DNA of 41,116 nt. Origin: Sandaracinaceae bacterium (GTDB lineage Bacteria; Myxococcota_A; Polyangia; Polyangiales; Sandaracinaceae). Of this stretch, positions 1-9,365 are shown one piece after another (position 1 is the stretch's first letter; the number at the start of each line of letters is the position of its first letter). The notes under the pieces were generated by a model. The model saw nothing but the letters and a program-made list of their open reading frames with translations, was not told where the DNA came from and made no database searches. The translations under genes were made by a program, and so were the position numbers. The DNA lies in NCBI GenBank assembly GCA_044220955.1, contig JBGAQA010000043.1, positions 6,342 through 47,457 of the forward strand, read 5' to 3'.

Positions 1-135
1 GCTCCAGCAGTTGGGGAGGCTCGCGGGGCACTGGCCGTCGGCGCAGCCGTACACGCCGTCCCGGAGCGACGCGGAGCACCCGAGCATCGACGCCATCGCC
101 GCCGCGACGACCCCGACGAGGACGGCTTGGCGCAT
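1..135 (-). CDS. Cys-rich lipoprotein, 5' part only (runs off the window)
   Basis: ATG at 135 overlaps the upstream stop (TGATG). Translates MRQAVLVGVVAAAMASMLG-C-SASLRDGVYGCADGQCP: signal peptide plus lipobox Cys. Absent from the ORF track because it is truncated. Confidence 0.75.
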   Translation of the reverse strand, partial: MRQAVLVGVVAAAMASMLGCSASLRDGVYGCADGQCPASLPNCWS

Positions 136-1160
136 CAGAAGCTCCCGCGCACGGTGAGAGTCCCGACGCCGAGGTCAACCACCAAGCGCTCGTCGCGCGC
201 GCTCGTCGGGCCGCTGGCTGCGACACCCCAGACGACGCCCACCAGCGCGGCGGCCAGCCCGAGGCCGAGCGCGCCGCCGCCGACCCCCGTCTCGATCGGC
301 GCCCGCCCGTAGGCGCCCGAGAGCGAGCTCCATGGGGTGCCGGAGACCGCGCTCTGCACGCTCGCGATGTCCGCGTACCCGACGCCGAGCAGGACCGCCC
401 CCACGGCCGCGACCCCGAGCCCGACGCCCATCACGATCCACGGGGTCGGCTCGTCGCCCGTCGGGGCGGGCGGGACGGGCGTGTACGTGGCGGGCGGCTC
501 GGCCGTCGTCGGGGGCGCTGCGCTCGCGACGCTGGCCAGCGGCGACAGGTCGATGTCGAGCGGGCCGTCGGTGTGGGCCCGGACCACCACGCGCGCCGTC
601 GCGGAGCGGCCGTCGTCGAGGCGGATCGCGACCTGGTGCTCGCCGATCCCGAGCAGCACGTGACCGGTGGAGGCGGGCCACCCCTCCGCGATCTCGACGT
701 GCTCTCCATCGAGGTAGAAGCGCGCGCTCCCAGGTGCGGCCGGGACCGCGTAGCGACCGACGAACGCCGCGGCGCGCTCGCGCAGCTCCGCGACCTGCGT
801 GCGCTGCTCCGGCGTCAGCGGGCGAACGGTCGACGCGAGCGCCTCGTCGAGCGCCTGTACCGCCTCCGGGTAGTCGCGCATCTCGTAGCTCGACATCCCG
901 ATGCCGCGGAGTGTCCTGGCGTTCGGGAACATCGCGTGTCCCTGCAGGAAGAGGGCGCGCGCCTCTGCCCAGTGGCTCGCCGCGAACTCCGCGACGGCCT
1001 GATCGATGACGGGGTCGTAGCCCGCGGGCGGCTCGTCGGTCTGCGCGCGGGCCACGGCGCTCGCGCACACCCAGGCGAGCACGAGCGCCAGTGCACGCGC
1101 CGGCAAGCCCACCGAAGGAGCGCGCGGGCGGCAGGGGCCAGGGAGGCGAGCCGACGCCAT
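135..1160 (-). CDS. TPR/PEGA-domain protein (myxobacterial kinase-associated type)
   Basis: Signal peptide (LALVLAWVCASAVARA), TPR-like helices (WAEARALF...YPEAVQALDEAL), PEGA-like motif (ARFYLDG...GEHQVAI), Pro-rich linker, two Gly-rich hydrophobic segments, C-terminal ...LTVRGSF. Confidence 0.8.
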   Translation of the reverse strand: MASARLPGPCRPRAPSVGLPARALALVLAWVCASAVARAQTDEPPAGYDPVIDQAVAEFAASHWAEARALFLQGHAMFPNARTLRGIGMSSYEMRDYPEAVQALDEALASTVRPLTPEQRTQVAELRERAAAFVGRYAVPAAPGSARFYLDGEHVEIAEGWPASTGHVLLGIGEHQVAIRLDDGRSATARVVVRAHTDGPLDIDLSPLASVASAAPPTTAEPPATYTPVPPAPTGDEPTPWIVMGVGLGVAAVGAVLLGVGYADIASVQSAVSGTPWSSLSGAYGRAPIETGVGGGALGLGLAAALVGVVWGVAASGPTSARDERLVVDLGVGTLTVRGSF

Positions 1161-1171
1161 GGGGGGGCTGC

Positions 1172-1201
1172 TCTTCAGAAATCCTCTCTTCAGAAGTCCT
1201 C
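1172..1201. repeat. 15-bp tandem duplication spanning the kinase stop codon
   Basis: tcttcagaaatcctc (1172-1186) / tcttcagaagtcctc (1187-1201), one mismatch. Confidence 0.85.
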
Positions 1202-2764
1202 GCGCGTGATGCTACCCGAGCGGCTCGTCGATGTCGTGCGGGCGCTGGTCGTCGTCGGCGGCGGATCCGCGCGCGCCTCCTCGGAGAGCGCGGTGTGCGA
1301 GCGCGTTCCTTCGGCGTGGCGCGCGCGGGCGCTCGCGGGCGGCGGATCGACACCGACGGTCGTCGTCGGCGGTGGCGCGAGCAGGTCGGGGGCTCGCGGC
1401 GGCTCTTGGCGCTCATCGACCGGGACGGGCGGCTCGTCTTCCGCGGCCGCGCTCGGCGGGGGCCGCTCGGTCAGCGGCTCGACCGCCGTCGGCGCTGGCA
1501 GCGTGAGCGCCGCGTCGCGCGCGGCGTTGCCGATCCCTCGGATCACGAGGACGAGCGCCACGAGCACCGCCACGGCGACGGCCGCGAGCGTCATCCAGCG
1601 ACGGTCGGGCGCCTGGCCCGGGCCCGTCCCGACCTCGCCCGCGTCGCCGGTCTCGGGCGCGCTCGGGCGGGCGATGCGGATCGGCGTCGGCGCTGCACCC
1701 GCGGCCTGCCTCGGGGCGCGCACGGCAGGGAGGTCGAGCTCGGGTGTCGCGACGGCGGAAGGCGCCGGGTCGGCGACGGTGGCGGCGGCCTCGATCGGCG
1801 CGGCGCGCTTGACCCCCGCCACCGTGGGGGCCGCGGACTCGCGCGGCGCGCTCGGTCCGGGCGGCGCGAGGGAGGGGCTGCGCGGCTCGGCGAAGCGCAC
1901 GCCGCGCGCGAAGGGCTCCAGCGCGCGGGCGAGCTCGAGGACGCTCTGCCAGCGATCGCCCGGCTCCTTCGCGAGCCCCTTGTGGACGACGCGCGCGAGG
2001 TCGGGGGGAACGACGTTGGGATCGAGAGGCGCGTAGGGCTCGACCGCGATCGCGACCAGCAGCGCGCCGTAGTTGTCGCCATCGAAGGGCGCCCGACCGC
2101 TGAGCATCTCGTAGAGGATCGTCGAGAGCGCCCACACGTCCGTCCGCCCGTCGATCGTGGCCCCACGCACCTGCTCGGGCGCCATGTAGGTCGGTGTCCC
2201 GACGACGTGTCCCGTCTTGGTGAGCTTGCGCGCCTCGCGCTTCCTCGAATCGTTCTCGGTCAGCTTCGAGATGCCGAAGTCGAGCACCTTCGTCGTCTGC
2301 GCCTCGCCCGACGCGCTCCGCACGACGAAGAGGTTCTCCGGCTTCAGGTCGCGGTGCACGACGCCCGCGCGGTGCGCCGCCTCGACGCCCTCGAGCGCCG
2401 GCAAGAGGGTGCGCAGCGCGACCTCGGGGGACAGGCGCTTCTCGCGCGCGATCAGGGCCCGCAGCGACTCGCCGCGGAGGATCTCCATGACGAGGTACGC
2501 GATGGTCCCCTCGGTCCCGACGTCGAGCACGCCGACCACGTTCGGGTGCTCGATGCGCCCCATCGCCTTCGCCTCGCGCACGAAGCGCTCGAGCGAGTCC
2601 GGCTCGTCCTGGAGGTCCGCCTCCATCCACTTCAGCGCGACGCGTCGCTCCGAGATGGTGTGGCGAGCGGCGAAGACGACCCCCATCCCGCCCCGCCCGA
2701 GGATCGACTCGACGCGGTACTTCCCCGCGATGACGTCTCCGACCTGGGGCGTGGCGTGCGGCAT
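1190..2764 (-). CDS. Hanks-type Ser/Thr protein kinase with one transmembrane helix
   Basis: GRGGMG, VALK, HRDLKPEN, DFG, GTPTYMAPE and DVWAL motifs; TM segment WMTLAAVAVAVLVALVLVI; Pro/Ala-rich C-terminal tail. Confidence 0.97.
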   Translation of the reverse strand: MPHATPQVGDVIAGKYRVESILGRGGMGVVFAARHTISERRVALKWMEADLQDEPDSLERFVREAKAMGRIEHPNVVGVLDVGTEGTIAYLVMEILRGESLRALIAREKRLSPEVALRTLLPALEGVEAAHRAGVVHRDLKPENLFVVRSASGEAQTTKVLDFGISKLTENDSRKREARKLTKTGHVVGTPTYMAPEQVRGATIDGRTDVWALSTILYEMLSGRAPFDGDNYGALLVAIAVEPYAPLDPNVVPPDLARVVHKGLAKEPGDRWQSVLELARALEPFARGVRFAEPRSPSLAPPGPSAPRESAAPTVAGVKRAAPIEAAATVADPAPSAVATPELDLPAVRAPRQAAGAAPTPIRIARPSAPETGDAGEVGTGPGQAPDRRWMTLAAVAVAVLVALVLVIRGIGNAARDAALTLPAPTAVEPLTERPPPSAAAEDEPPVPVDERQEPPRAPDLLAPPPTTTVGVDPPPASARARHAEGTRSHTALSEEARADPPPTTTSARTTSTSRSGSITREDF

Positions 2765-2881
2765 CGATCGCCGCCGATCCTACCCCGATCCCCGCTGACG
2801 TGAGCAAGCGCAGCGCCGGAGGATCGAGGCGGGGCCGACCACGCGTAGCCTCCCGCCAGCGCGATCGCGTCGGAGGAGCCC

Positions 2882-4606
2882 ATGGAACGAGCCTTTTGGT
2901 GTGGCGTCTCGGCCGGAGCGGTGGCGGTGGGGCTGGCGCTCACGCCGGGGTGCACGGTCGGCGACGGGCGGCCGGACCGCGACTCCGCGGTCGGCGGCGA
3001 CTCGGGCGTCGTGGTGAACCCGAACTGCGATCCGGGCGTCGACAGCGACGCCGACGGCATCGCCGACGACCTCGAGAACGCCGTCGACATCCGGGACGCG
3101 GACATGGACGGGACGCCGAACGATCACGACACGGACTCGGACGGCGACGGCCTCGTCGACGCGGACGAGCACGGTCCGTATCCGGGTTGCGCCGCGCGCG
3201 ACTCCGACCACGACGGCCTGCCGGACTATCTCGACGACGACTCCGACAACGACGGCCTCTCGGACGCCGACGAGGTCGGGATGGACAACACCAACCCGCT
3301 CGTCGCGGACACTGACGGCGACGGATTCACCGACCTCGCGGAGGTCGCGGCGAGCACCGACCCGACCGATCCGGGCAGCCGCATCCCGGACACCGACTTC
3401 TTCGTGATCCTGCCGTACAACGGCGATCACGTCGTCAAGCAGCTCGAGTTCCACACGGACCTGCACGTCGCCGACGTGTACTTCCTCGTCGACGCGACGG
3501 GCTCGATGGGCGGGCCGATCCACAACGTGCGCGTGTCGCTCGACGACATCGCGACGCGGCTGCGCGCCACGATCGACGACGTCCAGTTCGGGGTCGGCTA
3601 CATCGAGGATTTTCCGTGGCGCACGGGCGGACCCTTGGGCATGACGTTCTACGGCAGCGCGAGCGACGTGCCGTACCACAACTCGCAGGACATCACGCCC
3701 GACCTCGGCCTGGTGAGCACGGCGCTCGAGGCGCTCGAGCGGCCGGACGGCGCGGGCGGTTACACGTCGATCGGCGACGGCGGCGACGGGCCGGAGTCCC
3801 AGGTCGAGGGCCTGTACCAGACCGCGACGGGCGAGGGCGGCCAGTGGACGTGGGGACCGACGGGAGCGACGTGGGAGCTCTCGCGGCGCGACTGCCCGGC
3901 CGCGCCCGACGAGCCTGGCCGGCGGCGCGGCTACCCCTGCTTCCGCGCCGGCTCGCTGCCGATCATCGTGATGGTCTCGGACGTCGACTTCCACAACGGG
4001 AGCGAGACCGGGACGCGCTACCCCTACCTGATGATCACGCCCTCGCCGCACGACCTGCTCGACGCGGCGTCGGCCATCTACGATCTCGGCGGGCGCTACA
4101 TCGGCGTGCCCATCCAGAGCGACTCCGGGATGTCCGCGCGCATGGATCAGACCTCGATGGCCAACCTCACGGGCAGCGTCGACGGGGGCGGGCAGCCGCT
4201 CGTGTTCCCCGCCCCGCTCGGCTCCGTCGGCGACTCCGTCGTCAACGCGATCCAGACGCTCGCGCTCCACACGCCGATGGACGTCACGACCCTGGCGGAG
4301 GACTGGCCGCCGAACCCCGACGCCATCGACGCGACGCGCTTCATCCGATCGATCGAGGCCATCGAGGGCTACGGGCCGGGCGCGGGCGAGGGCTACGACC
4401 ACCACGACACGACGACGTTCTACCAGGTGGTCCCCGGCACCCGGCTGCGCTTCGACGTGGACTTCTGGAACGACTTCCGGATGCCCGCGCGCAGCGCGCA
4501 GATCTTCCGCGCCAAGATCGCGGTCATCGGCAACCGCTCGGCCCGCCTCGACGAGCGGAACGTGTACATCATCGTCCCGCCCGACTCCGGCTACCTGGTC
4601 ATCTGA
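2882..4606 (+). CDS. Lipoprotein with thrombospondin type-3-like Ca-binding repeats and a VWA domain (CglD-like adhesin)
   Basis: GGAGG RBS; lipobox LTPG-C; repeated DxDxDG motifs (DSDADG, DADMDG, DSDGDG, DSDNDG, DTDGDG); VWA MIDAS-like DVYFLVDATGSM and GGDGPESQVE. Confidence 0.85.
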   Translation: MERAFWCGVSAGAVAVGLALTPGCTVGDGRPDRDSAVGGDSGVVVNPNCDPGVDSDADGIADDLENAVDIRDADMDGTPNDHDTDSDGDGLVDADEHGPYPGCAARDSDHDGLPDYLDDDSDNDGLSDADEVGMDNTNPLVADTDGDGFTDLAEVAASTDPTDPGSRIPDTDFFVILPYNGDHVVKQLEFHTDLHVADVYFLVDATGSMGGPIHNVRVSLDDIATRLRATIDDVQFGVGYIEDFPWRTGGPLGMTFYGSASDVPYHNSQDITPDLGLVSTALEALERPDGAGGYTSIGDGGDGPESQVEGLYQTATGEGGQWTWGPTGATWELSRRDCPAAPDEPGRRRGYPCFRAGSLPIIVMVSDVDFHNGSETGTRYPYLMITPSPHDLLDAASAIYDLGGRYIGVPIQSDSGMSARMDQTSMANLTGSVDGGGQPLVFPAPLGSVGDSVVNAIQTLALHTPMDVTTLAEDWPPNPDAIDATRFIRSIEAIEGYGPGAGEGYDHHDTTTFYQVVPGTRLRFDVDFWNDFRMPARSAQIFRAKIAVIGNRSARLDERNVYIIVPPDSGYLVI

Positions 4607-4615
4607 GGCGCGTCG

Positions 4616-5713
4616 TCAGCAGGTGATGCAGCGCGGCAGCTCGGCGAGCACCTCGAGCGTGATCTCGTCGACGATCACGAAGTTGCCGACGCAGCCGTCG
4701 AGGGTCGAGCCGCTGCAGCAGAACAGGTCGCTCTCGATCTCCGAGGTGCCGACGTGGCCGGCGGCGAGGAGCACCTCGACCTGTCGCGCGACGTGCACGA
4801 GGCCTGCCGCGTCCACGTAGAGCGCCGAGTCGCCGGCCGTGCGCGTGTCGCCCGTCGTGATCGCGACGCTCCCCGGGCCGCCCACGACGCACGCGTTGAA
4901 GTGCGTGTAGTGCAGCGAGTCGCCGACGAGCGAGGACTCGAGCACGCTGGGGTTGAAGCAGGGCGTGGGGATCAGGCGCGTGGCGACCGGAAGATAGCTC
5001 CCGGCCCAGTAGCGGATCGTCCCGCTGCGCGTCACGTGGACGAGCAGGTCGTTGTCCTGTCCGAGCAGGCGTCGCCCGCCGTAGGTGCCCCCGTGGAGGC
5101 GCACGATCTCGGCGTCGAGGATCGAGTCGTAGCTGCAGGCGCGCATCGTCAGGTCGGCCGGCACGCGCATGAGCGCGGCCCGATCTCCGAGGAACGTCTG
5201 GACCGCGTCGAGCGCCCGCGCGCACGGGTCGGTGATCGCGGCGTCGAGCGCCACGGGGAAGGGCCCGGAGAACCCGGTGACGGCGGCCGTCGTCGGGTCG
5301 AGCTCGACGGTGACGCCCGTGTCGGTCGTGAACGCAGCCGCGGCCGCGTCGACGGCGGTCCGCTCGTCCCGCGTCGCGGCGCTGCTCGTCGGGTAGCCGG
5401 GGCGATCGCAGGTGAGCGCCGCGTCCACGTCCGCGGCTGCGTCGAGGCCCACGTCCACGGGCGAGGTCGCGTCGCGACCGGCGTCCGACGCGCCGGTGTC
5501 CGGAGTCGCGCCGGCATCGACGAGGTTCGCGTCGATGCACGTGCTGATCGGGATCGATCCGGCGGGGCAGGGGCCGCAGCGGTTCGAGACGAGGGTTCCG
5601 CCACAACGATCGACGCACATGACGGGGAAGTCGCACATCGCCGGGCACCCCGGCGCGAGGGTCGCGACGATCGAGAGGGTGAGCAGCGGCAGCGCGAGAC
5701 GGACGTAGTTCAT
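4616..5713 (-). CDS. Lipoprotein resembling a stand-alone M4/M36 peptidase propeptide (FTP+PepSY-like), no catalytic domain
   Basis: Start MNYVRLALPLL at 5713, lipobox APG-C. FTP-like VRLHGGTYGGRRLLG..LLVHV..SGTI...GSY and PepSY-like LYV...HVARQVEV...VIVDEITLEVL. No HExxH. Confidence 0.65.
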   Translation of the reverse strand: MNYVRLALPLLTLSIVATLAPGCPAMCDFPVMCVDRCGGTLVSNRCGPCPAGSIPISTCIDANLVDAGATPDTGASDAGRDATSPVDVGLDAAADVDAALTCDRPGYPTSSAATRDERTAVDAAAAAFTTDTGVTVELDPTTAAVTGFSGPFPVALDAAITDPCARALDAVQTFLGDRAALMRVPADLTMRACSYDSILDAEIVRLHGGTYGGRRLLGQDNDLLVHVTRSGTIRYWAGSYLPVATRLIPTPCFNPSVLESSLVGDSLHYTHFNACVVGGPGSVAITTGDTRTAGDSALYVDAAGLVHVARQVEVLLAAGHVGTSEIESDLFCCSGSTLDGCVGNFVIVDEITLEVLAELPRCITC

Positions 5714-5782
5714 GGGCGTGGTGTTGCAGACCACGTGCCAGCCCGCCACGACACGCCCTGGCGCAGCCTCGCGCCGTGCGCT

Positions 5783-6469
5783 TCAGCCGTGGGGCAGGCC
5801 CTGCGCGCCGTTGTGGAGCCAGGTTCCGATGCACTGGCCCGCCTGCGTGACCGCCTCGCGCTGGAACTGCGCCCAGTCGTGGCGTCCCGTCGAGCCGACG
5901 AGGTTCGACACGCCCAGCGCCGCCGCGAACGGCACGTTCGCCGCCTGGCACGCCGCAGCCACGCCGAAGAGCTCGCCGTTGTCGGCGTCGCAGCCCGTGG
6001 CCGCGTGCAGCCCGGCCGCGAGCGCGTCGTCGATGATCGGCGCCATCATCGACGCCATCGGCACCTGCGCCGCCCGCGGCCCCGACGCGGCGAGCGCCGA
6101 GCGCAAGAGCGCGTGACACTCCACGCTCGTCTGCATCGGATCGGGAAACGCAGCCTTTCGCGCGAGCACGCTCGCGTCGGCGAGCATGACCCTGGTCGGC
6201 AACAGGACGTCGTACGGGCGGTACTGGGAGAGGCCCGGGAACACGGCGCATGTGCCGATCAGCACGACGGCGCGCGGCGCGAGCGCTTGCACGCCGCGCG
6301 CACAGCTCGCGGCAGCGACGGCCATGCCGAAGCCGAGCACCTTGGTCTTGATGGTCAGCCCGCGCATCTGGCCGTCGAGCTTCTCGCCCAGGAACGCGCG
6401 CATGCCGGCGAGGTCGGGCGCGTGGGCCGCGACGAGGAGGAGATCGGCCTGACGGGGGACGCTCACCAT
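5783..6469 (-). CDS. Nucleoside phosphorylase/MTA-SAH nucleosidase (MqnB-like) family protein
   Basis: GFGMAVAA, PRAVVLIGTCA and ALGVSNLVG motifs of the PNP/UDP fold. Start placed at ATG 6469 (MVSVPRQ). Confidence 0.7.
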   Translation of the reverse strand: MVSVPRQADLLLVAAHAPDLAGMRAFLGEKLDGQMRGLTIKTKVLGFGMAVAAASCARGVQALAPRAVVLIGTCAVFPGLSQYRPYDVLLPTRVMLADASVLARKAAFPDPMQTSVECHALLRSALAASGPRAAQVPMASMMAPIIDDALAAGLHAATGCDADNGELFGVAAACQAANVPFAAALGVSNLVGSTGRHDWAQFQREAVTQAGQCIGTWLHNGAQGLPHG

Positions 6470-6512
6470 CGTGCGCGCCAGGCTACTACGTGGCGGTGCT
6501 AAGCTCACGCCC

Positions 6513-7574
6513 GTGATCGAGCTCGTCGATCGACATCGACTCGTCTACCGCTGGGACCTCGACAAGACCTACCTGCGGACCGAGTTCGACACGGTGCGCG
6601 ACTGGGTCCGCACCGCGTTCGAGACGGCGCGCGACAAACAGACCGTCCCCGGCGCGGGCGCCCTGCTGCGCGAGATCCGCGGGACCGACCCCTTCGGCAT
6701 CTACATCGTGTCCGGCAGCCCCGAGCAGCTCCGGCGGGTGCTCGAGGCCAAGCTCCGGCTCGACGGCGTGCGCTGGGACGGCCTGGTCCTCAAGCCGCAG
6801 CTGACGAACATCCTCCGCGGCCGCTTCAAGTCCATCAAGGAGCAGGTGGCCTACAAGCTCGGCGCGATGCTCGAGACGCGGGCCACGCTCCCACCCGACA
6901 CGGAAGAGGTGATGTTCGGCGACGACGCGGAGGCCGACGCCCTCATCTACTGCCTCTACGCCGATCTCTGCGCAGGTCGCGTCACGCCCGCGCTCTTCAT
7001 GCAGGTCCTCGAGTCCGCCGGCACCTATCCCGATGCGCTGACGCGTCTGGTGCGTCTGGCCGAGCACGTCTCGCGCGGCGGCCGCGCGCGACGGATCTTC
7101 ATCCACCTCGATCGCGTCTCGCCCACCGACTCCTTCAGCGATCTCGGCTCCCGGGTGTGCACGTTCCACAACTACTTCCAGCCGGCGCTCGTGCTGCTGC
7201 GCCACGGCGCGCTGGATCCGCTCGCCGTCGTGCGCGTCGGCGGCGAGCTGCTCTCGGAGCACGGCTTCACGCCCGACGCGCTCGTCGCGAGCTACGGCGA
7301 TCTCGCCCGGCGCGGGCAGATCGGGGCCGCCGAGGCCCGCACGCTGCTCGGCTACCTCGCCGGCGCCGACGACTCGACCTTCGGCGTCGGGGCCGCGCCG
7401 CTGCGTCGCTTCGCGGAGCTTCTCGAGCGCGACGCCGTCATGCAGTCTCCCGAGCCGGGGCCCGACTTCGTGCCGGAGATCGACTACCTCGCCTTCTTCG
7501 CCAAGGACCGCCTGCGCGCCAGGTCGGTCAAGCGGCGCTCGATGGGCAAGGATCCCCGGCGCGACGAGGACTGA
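6513..7574 (+). CDS. HAD-superfamily phosphatase (App1/phosphatidate phosphatase-like)
   Basis: Motif I WDLDKT, motif II IVSGSP, motif IV FGDDAEAD. Probable GTG start at 6513. Confidence 0.8.
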   Translation: MIELVDRHRLVYRWDLDKTYLRTEFDTVRDWVRTAFETARDKQTVPGAGALLREIRGTDPFGIYIVSGSPEQLRRVLEAKLRLDGVRWDGLVLKPQLTNILRGRFKSIKEQVAYKLGAMLETRATLPPDTEEVMFGDDAEADALIYCLYADLCAGRVTPALFMQVLESAGTYPDALTRLVRLAEHVSRGGRARRIFIHLDRVSPTDSFSDLGSRVCTFHNYFQPALVLLRHGALDPLAVVRVGGELLSEHGFTPDALVASYGDLARRGQIGAAEARTLLGYLAGADDSTFGVGAAPLRRFAELLERDAVMQSPEPGPDFVPEIDYLAFFAKDRLRARSVKRRSMGKDPRRDED

Positions 7575-7618
7575 CAGCCTTGTTGTCCGCCCGGCTTTCC
7601 GTCTACCGTGCCCCGACG

Positions 7619-8266
7619 GTGCGCGCGTCGGTCCTCGCGGTCTGGTTCCTCGCGCTGTCGGCTCTGGCCGGCTGCGGGCCCTCCTACCCGACACGCTACG
7701 TGATCGAGCGCGACGTCGGACCGATGTCGTACCGGCGCTACCAGCGCGTGCTCGACGTGGAGTTCCCGGTCGCGGGCAACGACGCGGTCGGCCACACGGC
7801 GACGTACGTGCGGCGGAGCGATCGGGGCGAGCCGCCCTACGTGAACGTGTTCGTGACGGTCTACGACCACGCCGCGAGCCTGACCGCGGACGTCCGCCAC
7901 CAGGTGCAGAGCCTCGAGAGCTACGACGTCGCCGTCGAGGACGTCGGGGGGGGGCGCGCCTGGCGGCTGGACGGCGGGGAGGACGACCGCTGGGTGGTCT
8001 GGGTCTCGTCGCGCTTCGTGGTCAAGATCGGCGGCAACGCGAGCGAGGATCTCGTGCGCGAGATCGTCGGCGCATACATGGGCGCGTACCCGAGCGATCT
8101 CGACGAGCACGGCCGCGCGCGCGACGGAACGCCGAGCGCGGGCGATCAGACGGGGAGCGTAGCCGTGGAGCAGGAGCAGATGGAGATGCCGAGATCGCTC
8201 GGCGGCGAGGGCGAGACCAGCTCGACGCCGGCGACACCGCCGACGACCGGGAGCGGACATGAGTGA
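7619..8266 (+). CDS. Hypothetical lipoprotein
   Basis: GTG at 7619: VRASVLAVWFLALSALAG-C lipobox. The longer ORF-track version from 7157 overlaps the HAD gene and is a shadow extension. Confidence 0.75.
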   Translation: MRASVLAVWFLALSALAGCGPSYPTRYVIERDVGPMSYRRYQRVLDVEFPVAGNDAVGHTATYVRRSDRGEPPYVNVFVTVYDHAASLTADVRHQVQSLESYDVAVEDVGGGRAWRLDGGEDDRWVVWVSSRFVVKIGGNASEDLVREIVGAYMGAYPSDLDEHGRARDGTPSAGDQTGSVAVEQEQMEMPRSLGGEGETSSTPATPPTTGSGHE

Positions 8267-9365
8267 GCGGCCGGCCGCCAGCGCGTCGCCGGCCGCCTCC
8301 GTCGACGCGCTCCTCGCGCTCGTGCGCGACGACATCCGCTCGCTCGAGCCGTACAAGGTCCCGCTCCACCCGCCGCCGATCGTGCTCGACGCGAACGAGA
8401 GCCCGTGGCCTCTCTCGCACGAGGCGCGCCGCAAGATGGCCGACGCGCTCACGCACATCCACTTCCACCGTTACCCGGACATCGAGGCCGGGGTCCTGCG
8501 CGCGGCGCTCGCGACGCGCGTGAAGGCACGCGAGGACGAGCTCGTGATCGGTATCGGGTCCGACGAGGTGATCGGCGTGCTCTGTACGACGCTCGCGCGC
8601 CCGGGCGCGAAGGTGCTGCTCCCGGATCCGACGTTCTCGATGTTCGCCGCGAGCGCGCGCGTCGCCGGGATGACGCCCCTGAAGGTGCCGCTCGATTCGC
8701 GCTTCCAGCTCGACCGGGCCGCCATGCTGGACGCCATCGCGCGCGAGCGGCCGGCGCTCGCGTTCCTCGCGACCCCGAACAACCCGACGGCTGCGTGCTT
8801 CGACGAGGCCGATCTCGAGGCCGTCGTGCGCGCGATGCCGGACGGGCTGGTGGTGCTCGACGACGCCTACGCGGCGTTCTCCGGGCGCTCGCACGTGGAC
8901 TGGGTGGACCGCTTCCCGAACGTGGGCGCGATGGGCACGCTCTCGAAGATCGGGCTTGCCGCGCTGCGGATCGGCTGGATCCGCGTCCGCGCCGAGCTCG
9001 CCCGGGAGCTGGACAAGGTGAGGCTGCCGTACGACCTCCCGACGCCGACACAGGTGCTCGGGACGCTGGCGCTGACCGAGCTCGCGTCGGAGCTCGAGAC
9101 CTACGTGTTGAAGATCGTCTCCGAGCGAGAGCGCCTCGTGGGCGAGCTCGCGCGGCGCGCCGGGATGACCGTCTTCCCGAGCGATGCGAACTTCGTGCTC
9201 GTCGCCCATCCTCGGGCCGACGAGGTCCATCGCGGGCTCGAGGAGCGTGGCGTCCGGGTCCGCGCGTTCGCGGGGCACCCGCGCCTCGCGTCGCACCTGC
9301 GCATCACGGTGGGCACCCACGGCGAGAACGACGCCCTTCTGTCGGCGCTGGACGCCGTGGTATGA
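8259..9365 (+). CDS. hisC: Histidinol-phosphate aminotransferase
   Basis: LDANESP, RYPD, GSDEVI, TPNNPT, DDAY, TLSK(PLP Lys)..LAALRIG, PSDANF, LRITVG. Confidence 0.92.
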   Translation: MSERPAASASPAASVDALLALVRDDIRSLEPYKVPLHPPPIVLDANESPWPLSHEARRKMADALTHIHFHRYPDIEAGVLRAALATRVKAREDELVIGIGSDEVIGVLCTTLARPGAKVLLPDPTFSMFAASARVAGMTPLKVPLDSRFQLDRAAMLDAIARERPALAFLATPNNPTAACFDEADLEAVVRAMPDGLVVLDDAYAAFSGRSHVDWVDRFPNVGAMGTLSKIGLAALRIGWIRVRAELARELDKVRLPYDLPTPTQVLGTLALTELASELETYVLKIVSERERLVGELARRAGMTVFPSDANFVLVAHPRADEVHRGLEERGVRVRAFAGHPRLASHLRITVGTHGENDALLSALDAVV

